Source of the DNA: Acidobacteriota bacterium
Lineage (GTDB): Bacteria; Acidobacteriota; UBA6911; RPQK01; JAJDTT01
Assembly (NCBI GenBank): GCA_965203535.1
Contig: OZ241897.1
Coordinates: 452,790 to 516,789 of the forward strand
Length of the DNA stretch: 64,000 bases
Direction of reading: 5' to 3'
This document shows positions 56,002-64,000 of the stretch, piece by piece (the stretch's first letter is position 1; each line of letters begins with the position of its first letter). Under the pieces are notes generated by a model. That model saw only the letters and a list, made by a program, of their open reading frames with translations, ran no database searches and had not been told where the DNA came from. The translations under genes were made by a program, and so were the position numbers.

Positions 56002-56790
56002 TCAGGACCTCCATTTCGGGGAGTTCAGGGAAACCGAAGTCAGAAAGAGTCCCATGAAGATCAGCGACAGATAGAAGAAAACGTGGCTGGTGTCCAGGAC
56101 TCCCCTGGTGAAGTCTTCGTAGTGGTTCATGATGGAGAGGTAGCGCAGGACCTCGTTGGCCAGCGTCGATCCGGTTCCGGCCATCCAATCCACGACCCAC
56201 AGGATGATGATGAAGCCGAAGGAGAGGATGCCTGCGACGATCTGGCTCTCGGTCAGCGAGGACGCGAAGATCCCCAGGCTCAGGAGCGAACCGCCCAGCA
56301 GGAAGGCTCCCAGGAATCCGTTGAGAACCAGGCTCAAGGGCGGTAGCGGGTCGCTGTAGAAGTAGAGGAGGCACAAGTTGAGAATGGTGGGAACCAGCAT
56401 CACCAGGAGGAAGACCATGACCGCCGTGAACTTCCCCAGAATCAGTTGCAGGTGGGTCAGGGGCGAGGTGAAGAGAAGCTCCACGGTTCCTCGCTTCTTC
56501 TCTTCAGCGAAGACACCCATGGTGATCAAGGGCATGAGAAGCAGAAATATGGTGCTGATGACGCCGAAGAAGCTGCTCATGATCATGGAGAACACATCCA
56601 CCGGGGGCGGCGCGGCCCCGAACTGCTGGGACTGGAATCCCATCTGCTGAACCCTCTCGATGAGGGAGGTGGTGATCCCGAAGAAGAAATAGCCCGAAAC
56701 CGCGAAGAAAACACCCAGCACGGCGTAGGCGATGGGGCTGACGAAGAAACCGTACAGTTCCTTGCTGACGATGGCGAAGTAGTTCCTCAC
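56002..56790 (-). CDS. ABC-2 type transporter permease (GldF-like)
   Basis: 262 aa with 6 hydrophobic helices. Overlaps the upstream ATPase stop. Confidence 0.8.
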   Translation of the reverse strand: MRNYFAIVSKELYGFFVSPIAYAVLGVFFAVSGYFFFGITTSLIERVQQMGFQSQQFGAAPPPVDVFSMIMSSFFGVISTIFLLLMPLITMGVFAEEKKRGTVELLFTSPLTHLQLILGKFTAVMVFLLVMLVPTILNLCLLYFYSDPLPPLSLVLNGFLGAFLLGGSLLSLGIFASSLTESQIVAGILSFGFIIILWVVDWMAGTGSTLANEVLRYLSIMNHYEDFTRGVLDTSHVFFYLSLIFMGLFLTSVSLNSPKWRS

Positions 56791-57782
56791 GATGCCGCCT
56801 CCCCCTCCCGATCCGGATCGTCCCCTTCCCGGAAGGTTCCCTCCGACGTCTCTTCCTCGGTGGTCAACTCCACGAAGACCTCCTCCAGGCTGACGGACCG
56901 GACCTTCAACTCGTAGAGATCGAGTCCCCCCCGGATCACCTGGCGGGCCACCGCATGGCGGATCTCGGCTTGCCCGTCCGCCTCCACCAACACGGACGAC
57001 CGGCCGTTCCCGGCTTCTTCAACCGCCACTCGCGTCACGTGGGGGAGGTCGCTCAACAGTTCATTCACACGGCTGCCGTCACCGCCCACCGTCAGGTCGA
57101 TCTGTTCCCCGCCCTGCATCCGGCTGGTCAGGTTCCGGGGAGAATCGACAGCCACGATCCGTCCGCGGCTGATGATGATGACCCGGTCGCAGGTCATGCT
57201 CACTTCGGGCAGGATGTGAGTGGAGAGGATGATGGTGTGCTCACCTCTAAGACTGCCGATGAGGTCCCGGAACTCGATGATCTGCCTGGGGTCCAGACCG
57301 ATGGTCGGTTCGTCCAGAATCAGGACGTCCGGGTCGTGGATCAGGGCCTGGGCCAACCCGACCCGTTGCCGGTAGCCCTTGGACAGGTGCTTGATCAAGC
57401 GTTCGCCCTGGCCCGACAGTCCGCACCGGTCCTTGACGATCTCCATTCGGTCCGGCGTCTCGGAACCGGCCACTCCCTTGATGGTGGCCACGAATCGAAG
57501 GTAGCTGTCCACCGTCATTTCGGTGTACAGGGGTGGACTCTCCGGCAGGTATCCCACCCGGCTCTTGGCCTCCAACGGGTGCTCGAAGACGTCGTATCCG
57601 GCCACCACGGCCCGTCCCTCGGTGGCGGGAAAGAAGCCGGCCAGGATCCGCATGGTGGTGGTCTTTCCGGCTCCGTTGGGACCCAGAAACCCGAGGATCT
57701 CTCCTTGGCGAACCTGGAAGCTCACGTCCTCGATGGCCGCCAGCAGGCCGTATCGTTTGGTCAGATGTTCCACCTCGATCAT
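56787..57782 (-). CDS. ABC transporter ATP-binding protein (GldA-like)
   Basis: Walker A GPNGAGKTT, signature LSKGYRQR, Walker B ILDEPT. Start at MIEVEHL (ATG at 57782, verified) with RBS aggag. The track ORF extends to 58091. Confidence 0.9.
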   Translation of the reverse strand: MIEVEHLTKRYGLLAAIEDVSFQVRQGEILGFLGPNGAGKTTTMRILAGFFPATEGRAVVAGYDVFEHPLEAKSRVGYLPESPPLYTEMTVDSYLRFVATIKGVAGSETPDRMEIVKDRCGLSGQGERLIKHLSKGYRQRVGLAQALIHDPDVLILDEPTIGLDPRQIIEFRDLIGSLRGEHTIILSTHILPEVSMTCDRVIIISRGRIVAVDSPRNLTSRMQGGEQIDLTVGGDGSRVNELLSDLPHVTRVAVEEAGNGRSSVLVEADGQAEIRHAVARQVIRGGLDLYELKVRSVSLEEVFVELTTEEETSEGTFREGDDPDREGEAAS

Positions 57783-57862
57783 CTGCGTCCAATCTCCTGG
57801 GAATTTTCTCTGGGAATGAAGAATCTTCAGGCACCGCCGGTGGCGGCTCCCGACTCGATACG

Positions 57863-59113
57863 CTAGGTCGGACCCAGACCGGCGCTCCTCGAAACTTCTC
57901 GAGACGCACCGTAGCGGTCCGTCACATAATCTTCCAGAATCCGAATGAACCGGTCGGAGATCCCATCGCCCCGCAACGTCGTGAATTGCCGTCCGTCCAC
58001 GTAGACGGGCGCCTTCGGTTCTTCGCCGCTCCCCGGCAGGGAAATCCCGATGTCCGCATGCTTGGACTCGCCGGGACCGTTGACGATGCAACCCATGACC
58101 GCCACCTTGAGGTCCTCGACGCCCGGATAGAGTTTCTTCCAGTCCACCATCCTAAGACGAAGGTGCCGTTCGATATGTTCCGCCAATTCCTGGAAGAAGC
58201 TGCTGGTGGTCCGGCCGCAGCCGGGACAGGCGCTGACCTGGGGTGTGAAGCTGCGCAGGCCCAGGGATTGAAGAATCTGCTGGGCGACACGAACTTCCTC
58301 GGCTCTGCTCGCCCCGGGCAGCGGGGTCAGGCTCACCCGGATGGTCTCTCCGATTCCGTCGTGCAACAGGACGCCCAGAGCCGCCGAACTGGCCACGATC
58401 CCGCGGCTTCCCATCCCCGCTTCCGTCAGTCCCAGATGCAGTGGGTAATCACAGGACCGTCCCAGAACCCGGTAGATCCGGATCAACTCGGGCGCCGAGG
58501 ACACCTTGGCGCTCAGAATGATGCGATTCTTGGGAAGGCCGTACTCCCGGGCCAGTTCCGCGGACTCGAGGGCGCTGGCCACGATGGCCTCCTCGAGCAC
58601 TACGGCGGCGCTCGCCGGCTCGGTCCGGGCTGCGTTGACCTCCATCAGCCGCGACAGCAGATCCTGGTCCAACGAGCCCCAGTTGACGCCGATGCGAACC
58701 GGCTTGTCATATTCCAGCGCCAGTTGAATAAGCCGCCGGAAATTCTGGTCGCGATAGCGGCCCTTTCCCACGTTGCCGGGATTGATCCGGAACTTGCCCA
58801 GGGCTCGGGCGCAGGCGGGATGGCGGCTGAGGAGCAGGTGGCCGTTGTAGTGGAAATCTCCCACGATGGGCACATCGTTCCCCTCTCCTCTCAGCCGGCG
58901 CACGATTTCGCCGACGGACCGGGCCGCGGCGTTGCTGTTGACGGTGATCCGCACAATCTCGGATCCGGCTGCGGCCAGCTCTCGGACCTGGCGGACCGTG
59001 GCCCCCACGTCGGCGGTATCCGTATTGGTCATGGACTGGACCACGATGGGCGCATCGCCGCCGATCGGGACGTTCCCCACCCTGACCTGGACCGTCTTTC
59101 TGACCCCGGACAT
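57863..59113 (-). CDS. ispG: 4-hydroxy-3-methylbut-2-en-1-yl diphosphate synthase (flavodoxin)
   Basis: GcpE family: N-terminal TIM-barrel region, C-terminal 4Fe-4S Cys triad (ACPGCGRT...GCIVNGPGE). Confidence 0.9.
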   Translation of the reverse strand: MSGVRKTVQVRVGNVPIGGDAPIVVQSMTNTDTADVGATVRQVRELAAAGSEIVRITVNSNAAARSVGEIVRRLRGEGNDVPIVGDFHYNGHLLLSRHPACARALGKFRINPGNVGKGRYRDQNFRRLIQLALEYDKPVRIGVNWGSLDQDLLSRLMEVNAARTEPASAAVVLEEAIVASALESAELAREYGLPKNRIILSAKVSSAPELIRIYRVLGRSCDYPLHLGLTEAGMGSRGIVASSAALGVLLHDGIGETIRVSLTPLPGASRAEEVRVAQQILQSLGLRSFTPQVSACPGCGRTTSSFFQELAEHIERHLRLRMVDWKKLYPGVEDLKVAVMGCIVNGPGESKHADIGISLPGSGEEPKAPVYVDGRQFTTLRGDGISDRFIRILEDYVTDRYGASREVSRSAGLGPT

Positions 59114-59338
59114 GCCCGAAATTCTACATTACGCCCCTCTTTCCCAACAAGCCGGGAGGCCCTCGGAAACTCTGATCCCCCGCCCTCCGGAGGGCCGGGA
59201 AAGTTGTGATGGACGGACCGATCTCGTATCATGAAACCGCCCACTTCGAGGCGCGGATACGGGCCCTGATGCGACCATGAAGGTGCCGGGAGCGGGTTTC
59301 CGACTCGTCCATTTTTCCCTCGAAGGAGTGATTCGAAG

Positions 59339-60685
59339 ATGACCGATATCATGGAACGCCTCCTGGAAGCGTCGAGCCCGAAGGAGTTTTCGGGCTGCAT
59401 GAAGGAGGCTCAAGACCATTTCCCGGCTCCCGCCGATTTCGTGGAGGCGGTGGCGGGCTACCTTCCCACCCGCTTGTACGAGAACTACTACGGCGACTCG
59501 GTTCCCCGCGGCTTCTTCGGAATCATGGCGGCCACCGAAGCCCAGACCGTTCTGCCCGCGGAAACCGGGTGGCGCCCCTATGTTCAGCAGACCTGGAGCG
59601 CCGCCAGGGAACGGAAGCGGACTCCGTGGAACCTGGACAGGATCGACGCCCGCAACCAGGAGAGCCTGCAAAAGCGCTGGCACCACTTCACCCAAGCGGT
59701 CGAGTCGGCCGACGTGCCCGCTTCGCTGGCATGGGCAAAGGGATTTCTGGCCAACCCCTCGGACCGGGACTATTTCCGGGCCCAGGGACTGTCCTACGCC
59801 CTGTCCGATACGGCCCATGGCGGCTTCAAGTTTCTCTACCTGCTCCAAGCCTGGAAACTGGCCCAGTCGCTTCAGTGGAAGAACCAGGAAGCGATCCTCT
59901 TCCCCGCCCTCCATTTCCTGGTGGCCGGCCCCCGTGAGAAGCAGTTGTCGGCCCAGGTCCGGGAGTTCTGGCAGGTCAATCCCCTGACCGCGGCCCTGAA
60001 GAACAGCGGGACCGTTTCCGAGGAACTTCGCTCCCGTTTCGAACAAAGCTGCCTCTTCGGAGAATCGACGGATGAAGCGCTCGACGCCGTGACGCTTCTG
60101 AGCCGATCCGGCGCCGGTGTGGAAGCCATCCGCGACCTGCTGCTCCTGACCGCGGCTCAGGCCGTGGCCAACTCGCGGACCGGCCATTGGCCGGGTCCCG
60201 TCCGTGCCCTGAACATCGCGCACCTCTTGCGGGACTGGGTGAACCTGGTGGAGCCCCACCGCCGGACCTTCGCGTTGTTGCTGGGAGCCGCCCTGATCCA
60301 CCAGGCCTCGGCGAAGAGCTCCGATGGCGGCCAGAATCGGGTTCTGGACCAGCTCCCCGGCCATCTCCTTCCCGAAGATGCCAGCCAGGTCCTGCGAAGC
60401 GTGGTCAGCCATTCGGACCCGTATGCGTCCGCCACGGCGGCCCAGGTCATTCTGGACCGGAATTCCGGGAATGGCGCCGGCCTGGCGGCGACTCTGATGG
60501 ACTTGGCGGTCAAGAACGACGGACACGTCTGCGGCGGAGACGACATCCTTCTGGTCAAGGTGGCGGCGGACTGCTACCAGGCTTCGTCGGCCGCCGACAA
60601 GAACCGGTACCTGGTCGCCACGGCTTTTTTCTTGGGCCGGATTCCCAAGAGCTACGAGCTTTTCGGTGCCTACGGCTTCAAATAA
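59339..60685 (+). CDS. Hypothetical protein (448 aa, probably alpha-helical, no recognised domain)
   Basis: Good RBS (gaaggag, 9 nt before ATG). Balanced amino-acid composition, in contrast to the R/G/P-rich antisense ORF 59129..60916. Confidence 0.65.
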   Translation: MTDIMERLLEASSPKEFSGCMKEAQDHFPAPADFVEAVAGYLPTRLYENYYGDSVPRGFFGIMAATEAQTVLPAETGWRPYVQQTWSAARERKRTPWNLDRIDARNQESLQKRWHHFTQAVESADVPASLAWAKGFLANPSDRDYFRAQGLSYALSDTAHGGFKFLYLLQAWKLAQSLQWKNQEAILFPALHFLVAGPREKQLSAQVREFWQVNPLTAALKNSGTVSEELRSRFEQSCLFGESTDEALDAVTLLSRSGAGVEAIRDLLLLTAAQAVANSRTGHWPGPVRALNIAHLLRDWVNLVEPHRRTFALLLGAALIHQASAKSSDGGQNRVLDQLPGHLLPEDASQVLRSVVSHSDPYASATAAQVILDRNSGNGAGLAATLMDLAVKNDGHVCGGDDILLVKVAADCYQASSAADKNRYLVATAFFLGRIPKSYELFGAYGFK

Positions 60686-60790
60686 GACACGTAGGGGCGC
60701 CCGACGCGTCGGGCCACCTGTCGCAACAGGCGCAGCTTCGAATAAAACACGTAGGGGCGCCCCTTGTGGGCGCCCTCTTCCGCCCTTGCA
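60676..60790. repeat. Tandem duplication (~60-nt unit) of a REP-like element in inverted orientation (cttcRaataaRacacgtaggggcgccc...)
   Basis: Unit 1 carries the variant palindrome gcccgacgcgtcgggc. Unit 2 carries the canonical gtaggggcgccccttgtgggcgccc. The duplication is visible as the repeated peptide ASNKTRRGA in the track ORF 60666..62138. Confidence 0.8.
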
Positions 60791-60857
60791 GGAGGGGGGG
60801 GACGTTCTTGACCGCCACTCTTCCTCCACGTTCCATTCTGAAACACAGAGAAAAAAG

Positions 60858-62138
60858 TTGAGGAGAGACCGTCTCCCCACCACCAGCGATCTCGCCGTCA
60901 TCGGCGCCGGTCCCATCGGCTTGGAGGCGGCCAGCCGAGCCGCCCTGGCCGGTCTGAACGTCGTCGTCTTCGAGAAAGGGCAGGTGGGCCACCACCTCTC
61001 CCAATGGGGTCACGTCCGGCTGTTCAGTCCCTTCCGCATGAACCACTCGGAATGGGGCCTGGAGCTGGTCAAGGCCGCCTTTCCGAAGCTTCCCCTGCCT
61101 CAACCGGACAGCTACCCGACCGGCGAGGAAATGGTCGAGACCTACCTGAAGCCGTTGTCCCGGATACCTCAACTCTCGGGCCGCATCCTGGAGGGGATCT
61201 CGGTCCGGTCGGTGGGACGGGAGGGACTGGGGAAGCAGGACCTCCTGGGCAAACCGGAGCGTTCGCATCATCCATTCAGATTGCTGGTTGAACAAGCAGG
61301 ACGGCGCCGGATCCACAGATCCTGGTCCGTCGTCGACGCCTCGGGCGTCTATTCCCGTCCCCAATTCATGGGCAACGGCAACATCGCCGCCCCCGGCGAG
61401 TGCGAGGCGCAAAAGGCCGCGCCCGATCATATTCACCGGCACCTGGTGGACGTGAATGGAAACCAGCGTTCCATGTTCGCCGGACGGCGGGTGCTTCTGG
61501 TGGGAGGCGGCTATTCGGCGGCGACGACCTTGGAAGCCCTCCGCAAGCTGACCGAGACGGCGCCCCGCACCCACGTTTACTGGGTCAACTGCTCGGTCAA
61601 AACCGTGCCGTACGAGCAGTATCCGGACGATCCCTTTCCCTACCGGGACCAGATCGCCGCCTTGGCCAATTCACTGGCCCGGCGCCCGCCCTCCTGGCTG
61701 TCGTATCTGGGAGGCTCCATGGTGGACGAGATCCTGTCCTGGTCCCCGCAAGGTCCCTTCCGGGTCGTGGTTGACGGAACTCGAAACGGAGGCCGGAGGC
61801 GGCGGGAGATCGAGGTGGACGAGATCGTCTCACAAGTGGGATTCGAGCCGGACAACTCCATCTACCGGCAGCTTCAGGTCCAGGAATGCTACGCCACCTC
61901 CGGTCCCATAAAGCTGGCGGCGAGCCTGCTGGGAGGATCCGGCGATTGCGGCGATCAGGCCTCTCCGGATCTCGACCTGCTGAAGAATCCGGAGCCCGAC
62001 TTCTTCATCGTGGGCAACAAGAGCTACGGGACCAATTCCACGTTTCTGATCCGGCAAGGCGTGGTCCAAGCGAGGCTGATCATCGACCACTTGGCGGACC
62101 GGCTCAAGTCCCGGCATCAACCAACAGCGTTTGCTTGA
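60858..62138 (+). CDS. FAD/NAD(P)-binding flavoprotein oxidoreductase (thioredoxin-reductase/YpdA-like two-Rossmann architecture)
   Basis: DLAVIGAGPIGLEAA FAD motif near the N-terminus and VLLVGGGYSAATT as the second dinucleotide motif. EKGQVGHHLSQW loosely resembles the YpdA/Bdr family. The start was set to the in-frame TTG after the repeat. The track ORF starts within the repeat at 60666. Confidence 0.65.
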   Translation: MRRDRLPTTSDLAVIGAGPIGLEAASRAALAGLNVVVFEKGQVGHHLSQWGHVRLFSPFRMNHSEWGLELVKAAFPKLPLPQPDSYPTGEEMVETYLKPLSRIPQLSGRILEGISVRSVGREGLGKQDLLGKPERSHHPFRLLVEQAGRRRIHRSWSVVDASGVYSRPQFMGNGNIAAPGECEAQKAAPDHIHRHLVDVNGNQRSMFAGRRVLLVGGGYSAATTLEALRKLTETAPRTHVYWVNCSVKTVPYEQYPDDPFPYRDQIAALANSLARRPPSWLSYLGGSMVDEILSWSPQGPFRVVVDGTRNGGRRRREIEVDEIVSQVGFEPDNSIYRQLQVQECYATSGPIKLAASLLGGSGDCGDQASPDLDLLKNPEPDFFIVGNKSYGTNSTFLIRQGVVQARLIIDHLADRLKSRHQPTAFA

Positions 62139-62216
62139 CCGGTGCGAGGCCGGAATCTACGTGGGATTCCGACCGCGCCGTCCCCCGGGGAGACCGTCAC
62201 GAGGGCCGCCGCGAGG

Positions 62217-62250
62217 GAAGAGGGCAACCACAAGGGTTGCCCCTACGACC
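62217..62250. repeat. REP-like palindromic element copy (gagggcaaccacaagggttgcccctacgacc)
   Basis: A variant of the family (A/T at the stem position) preceded by ccggggag, as at 26150. Lies between convergent genes. Confidence 0.75.
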
Positions 62251-62812
62251 AGTCTCCGATCTCATCCAGTAGATCCTTGATCATCCGGGCCGTCAGACCC
62301 CAGACGGAATCGCCCTGGTAATCGTAGAAGTAGACCGGAATCGGACGGCCTCCGCGATGCCGGGTCTCCACCACGGGACGGGTGTCGCGAAAGAAGGCGT
62401 AGGGCACCTGCAGGACCCGTTCCACCTCCGAGGGACTCGGAGTCAAGGAGAACCCCGGTTTCAGATAGCCCACGTAGCAGGCGACGCGGATGTCGGTCAC
62501 GGCATGATAATCGTGAAATCGGCCGAGCAGCTCCACGTAATCCGGCTCGATCCCGACTTCCTCGCCGGTCTCCCTCAGAGCCGTCTGCCAGAGGGAGCGA
62601 TCACCGCGCTCCTCCACGCCGCCCGGAAAGCAGATCTGTCCCTTGTGGGTCGCGACTTCCTGGGTCCGCTTGGTCAGCAGGAACGAGGGTTCACCCCCGC
62701 GATCCAGAAGACCCATGAGGACGGCAGCCTGAGCTTTGGATGCGGCCGGATTCCGTCGCTGCGGAATCCGCAACAGCCGCCGCCGGATCCGCTCCTTCCA
62801 CTCCACTTCCAA
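62243..62812 (-). CDS. CoA pyrophosphatase (NUDIX hydrolase, NudL-like)
   Basis: LLTKRTQEVATHKGQICFPGG CoA-pyrophosphatase motif and Nudix box GEEVGIEP...E. Confidence 0.8.
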   Translation of the reverse strand: MEVEWKERIRRRLLRIPQRRNPAASKAQAAVLMGLLDRGGEPSFLLTKRTQEVATHKGQICFPGGVEERGDRSLWQTALRETGEEVGIEPDYVELLGRFHDYHAVTDIRVACYVGYLKPGFSLTPSPSEVERVLQVPYAFFRDTRPVVETRHRGGRPIPVYFYDYQGDSVWGLTARMIKDLLDEIGDWS

Positions 62813-62833
62813 GGGGACGGCTCCTGGTCAGGG

Positions 62834-63274
62834 TCAGTCGGCGGGACCGCCGGAGATGTATTGCTCCAGTTGCCGGATGGTGAACTCCTGCTCGGAGATG
62901 ATGGACTTGACGACGTCGCCGATGGAGATCATCCCCGCCAGCTCTCCCCCCTCCATCACCGGAAGATGCCGGATCCGCTTTTGGGTCATGAGCCCCATAC
63001 AGTCCTCCATCCCCTGCTCGGGCCGGACATAGACCACCCTGCGGCTCATGATCTCCCGGACCCGGGTACTGTGGGAGGCCTTACCCTTGAGGATCACCTT
63101 CCTGGCGTAGTCCCGCTCCGAGAAAATACCCACGAGACGCCCTGACTCCAGCACCAGAAGCGCTCCGATATTCTTTTCGGCCATGAGCCTGAGAGCATCC
63201 AGAACGGACGTGCCGGGGCTGACGGACCAGACATCGTATCCCTTGGATTGGAGCAACTGGCGGACAGTCTTCAT
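62834..63274 (-). CDS. CBS domain pair protein
   Basis: Two CBS repeats (GALLVLESGRLVGIFSERD, HLPVMEGGELAGMISIGD). Length is 146 aa. Confidence 0.8.
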   Translation of the reverse strand: MKTVRQLLQSKGYDVWSVSPGTSVLDALRLMAEKNIGALLVLESGRLVGIFSERDYARKVILKGKASHSTRVREIMSRRVVYVRPEQGMEDCMGLMTQKRIRHLPVMEGGELAGMISIGDVVKSIISEQEFTIRQLEQYISGGPAD

Positions 63275-63407
63275 GGCTCGCCTCCGGATTCAATTCGGAC
63301 GGCCGCCGCCCGGATCATTGCCAATGATCTCTTCCTCACCGACGAGTGCCAAGACGCGATGGCGGATCGCTTCCGACATCCACAGCGGTGACGTGTTGCT
63401 GATGCAC

Positions 63408-63659
63408 TCAGACATGATCGCGTTCCAAGTCGCTCAGCTCCGCCTCGAGCGGAAAGACCTTGTAGCGATTGAGCGTCAGCAGGAACTCCACCCGCGCCAT
63501 CCCGGCTAGTTCCGCAGCTCGCCCGGACGAAAGACGGCCGAGCTCATAGAGCTTGACCGCGGCCAGCATACCGAGTTCACGAGCAAATGCGCGCTCGTCA
63601 GTCTTCTCGGCTAGAAGCACGCTTTCCGGAACGCTGATTGCGATTTTGCGCATTGTCAT
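63408..63659 (-). CDS. UPF0175-family putative antitoxin
   Basis: 83 aa, with the characteristic ELGMLAAVKLYELGRLSSGRAAELAGMARVEFL pattern. Confidence 0.65.
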   Translation of the reverse strand: MTMRKIAISVPESVLLAEKTDERAFARELGMLAAVKLYELGRLSSGRAAELAGMARVEFLLTLNRYKVFPLEAELSDLERDHV

Positions 63660-64000
63660 TTTTCAGATGTCCTGTTCGAGAATTTGGCCGTGGTCCCTGA
63701 GCCAGCGCCGCGCATTTTCCATCCAGAAAGGCACGCGGGGAGAATACCTCCACGGAGCCATACCGTGGCTCCATGAAATCCCGGCTATTGCCGGTGATCA
63801 GAACCGCACCGCCGGCCATTGCGGTTGCCAAATAGACTTCATCATCCTGGTCGCTCAGGCCGAATGTCACATTCGCCGGCTCGACCACGATGGCGACATG
63901 TTCAAGATGTCTGATGGCAGCCGTCAGTGTATCGCGGTAAGTAGCGTGCTTGGGTCGTTCGGCGACGGTCTCGTATTCCGCCACGATGGACTCGGAAAGG
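63598..64000 (-). CDS. PIN-domain (VapC/DUF3368-like) toxin, partial (5' end beyond window)
   Basis: C-terminal PIN motifs DDEVYLATAMAGGAVLITGNSRDF. The frame remains open to the window edge. It overlaps the UPF0175 gene start in another frame. Confidence 0.5.
   Translation of the reverse strand, partial: LSESIVAEYETVAERPKHATYRDTLTAAIRHLEHVAIVVEPANVTFGLSDQDDEVYLATAMAGGAVLITGNSRDFMEPRYGSVEVFSPRAFLDGKCAALAQGPRPNSRTGHLKNDNAQNRNQRSGKRASSRED

Noticed and set aside
59129-60916. 595-aa minus-strand ORF overlapping the 448-aa + strand hypothetical
   Set aside because: R/G/P/Q-rich with no hydrophobic core pattern. The + strand ORF has a strong RBS and protein-like composition. The call is kept at moderate confidence because neither has a recognisable domain.
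1-64000. CRISPR arrays, rRNA genes, integrases/transposases
   Set aside because: No regularly spaced short direct repeats with unique spacers, no rRNA-like conserved stretches and no recombinase/transposase-like ORFs were seen. The only repeats are the REP-like palindromes, the MITE-like element and the protein-coding paralog array.

Overview
High-GC (~65-70%) bacterial chromosomal window, probably from an Acidobacteriota/PVC-like metagenome-assembled genome. Supporting this lineage guess: a PVC-type beta-propeller/HEAT/CxxCH heme protein, GldG/DUF4340 ABC auxiliary genes and bshA. Most of the window is housekeeping: leuA-leuC-leuD, ychF, lptD-folK, lepB, dacB, ispG, a PhoB/PhoR-like two-component pair, a GMC oxidoreductase with a gluconate-2-dehydrogenase subunit-3-like partner, an enolase-superfamily dehydratase and a tRNA-Glu(CUC). 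Five things stand out. (1) An ~8 kb four-gene minus-strand operon lies between tRNA-Glu and a REP-like palindrome. It encodes a DrmA-like SF2 helicase, a DUF1998/DrmB-like protein, a compact UvrD-like SF1 helicase and a 536-aa protein of unknown function. No methyltransferase or PLD nuclease is present. This is a candidate undescribed DISARM-related defence cassette. (2) Five same-strand paralogous ~300-aa secreted proteins of unknown family form a tandem array in two subfamilies. The array is interrupted by a Zn-alcohol dehydrogenase, and the copies differ in Gly-rich variable loops. (3) A selD fusion carries an N-terminal FAD pyridine-nucleotide-disulfide oxidoreductase domain and the Cys form of SelD. 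(4) A ~27-nt REP-like palindrome family occurs at six or more intergenic loci. (5) A ~245-bp MITE-like element with nested inverted repeats and TA flanks sits between two convergent genes, and both of their stop codons lie in its terminal repeats. Many long R/G/P-rich ORFs in the six-frame track are antisense artefacts of the high GC content and are not reported as genes. ORF coordinates are taken from the supplied track. Start codons were refined by eye and may be off by a few codons.
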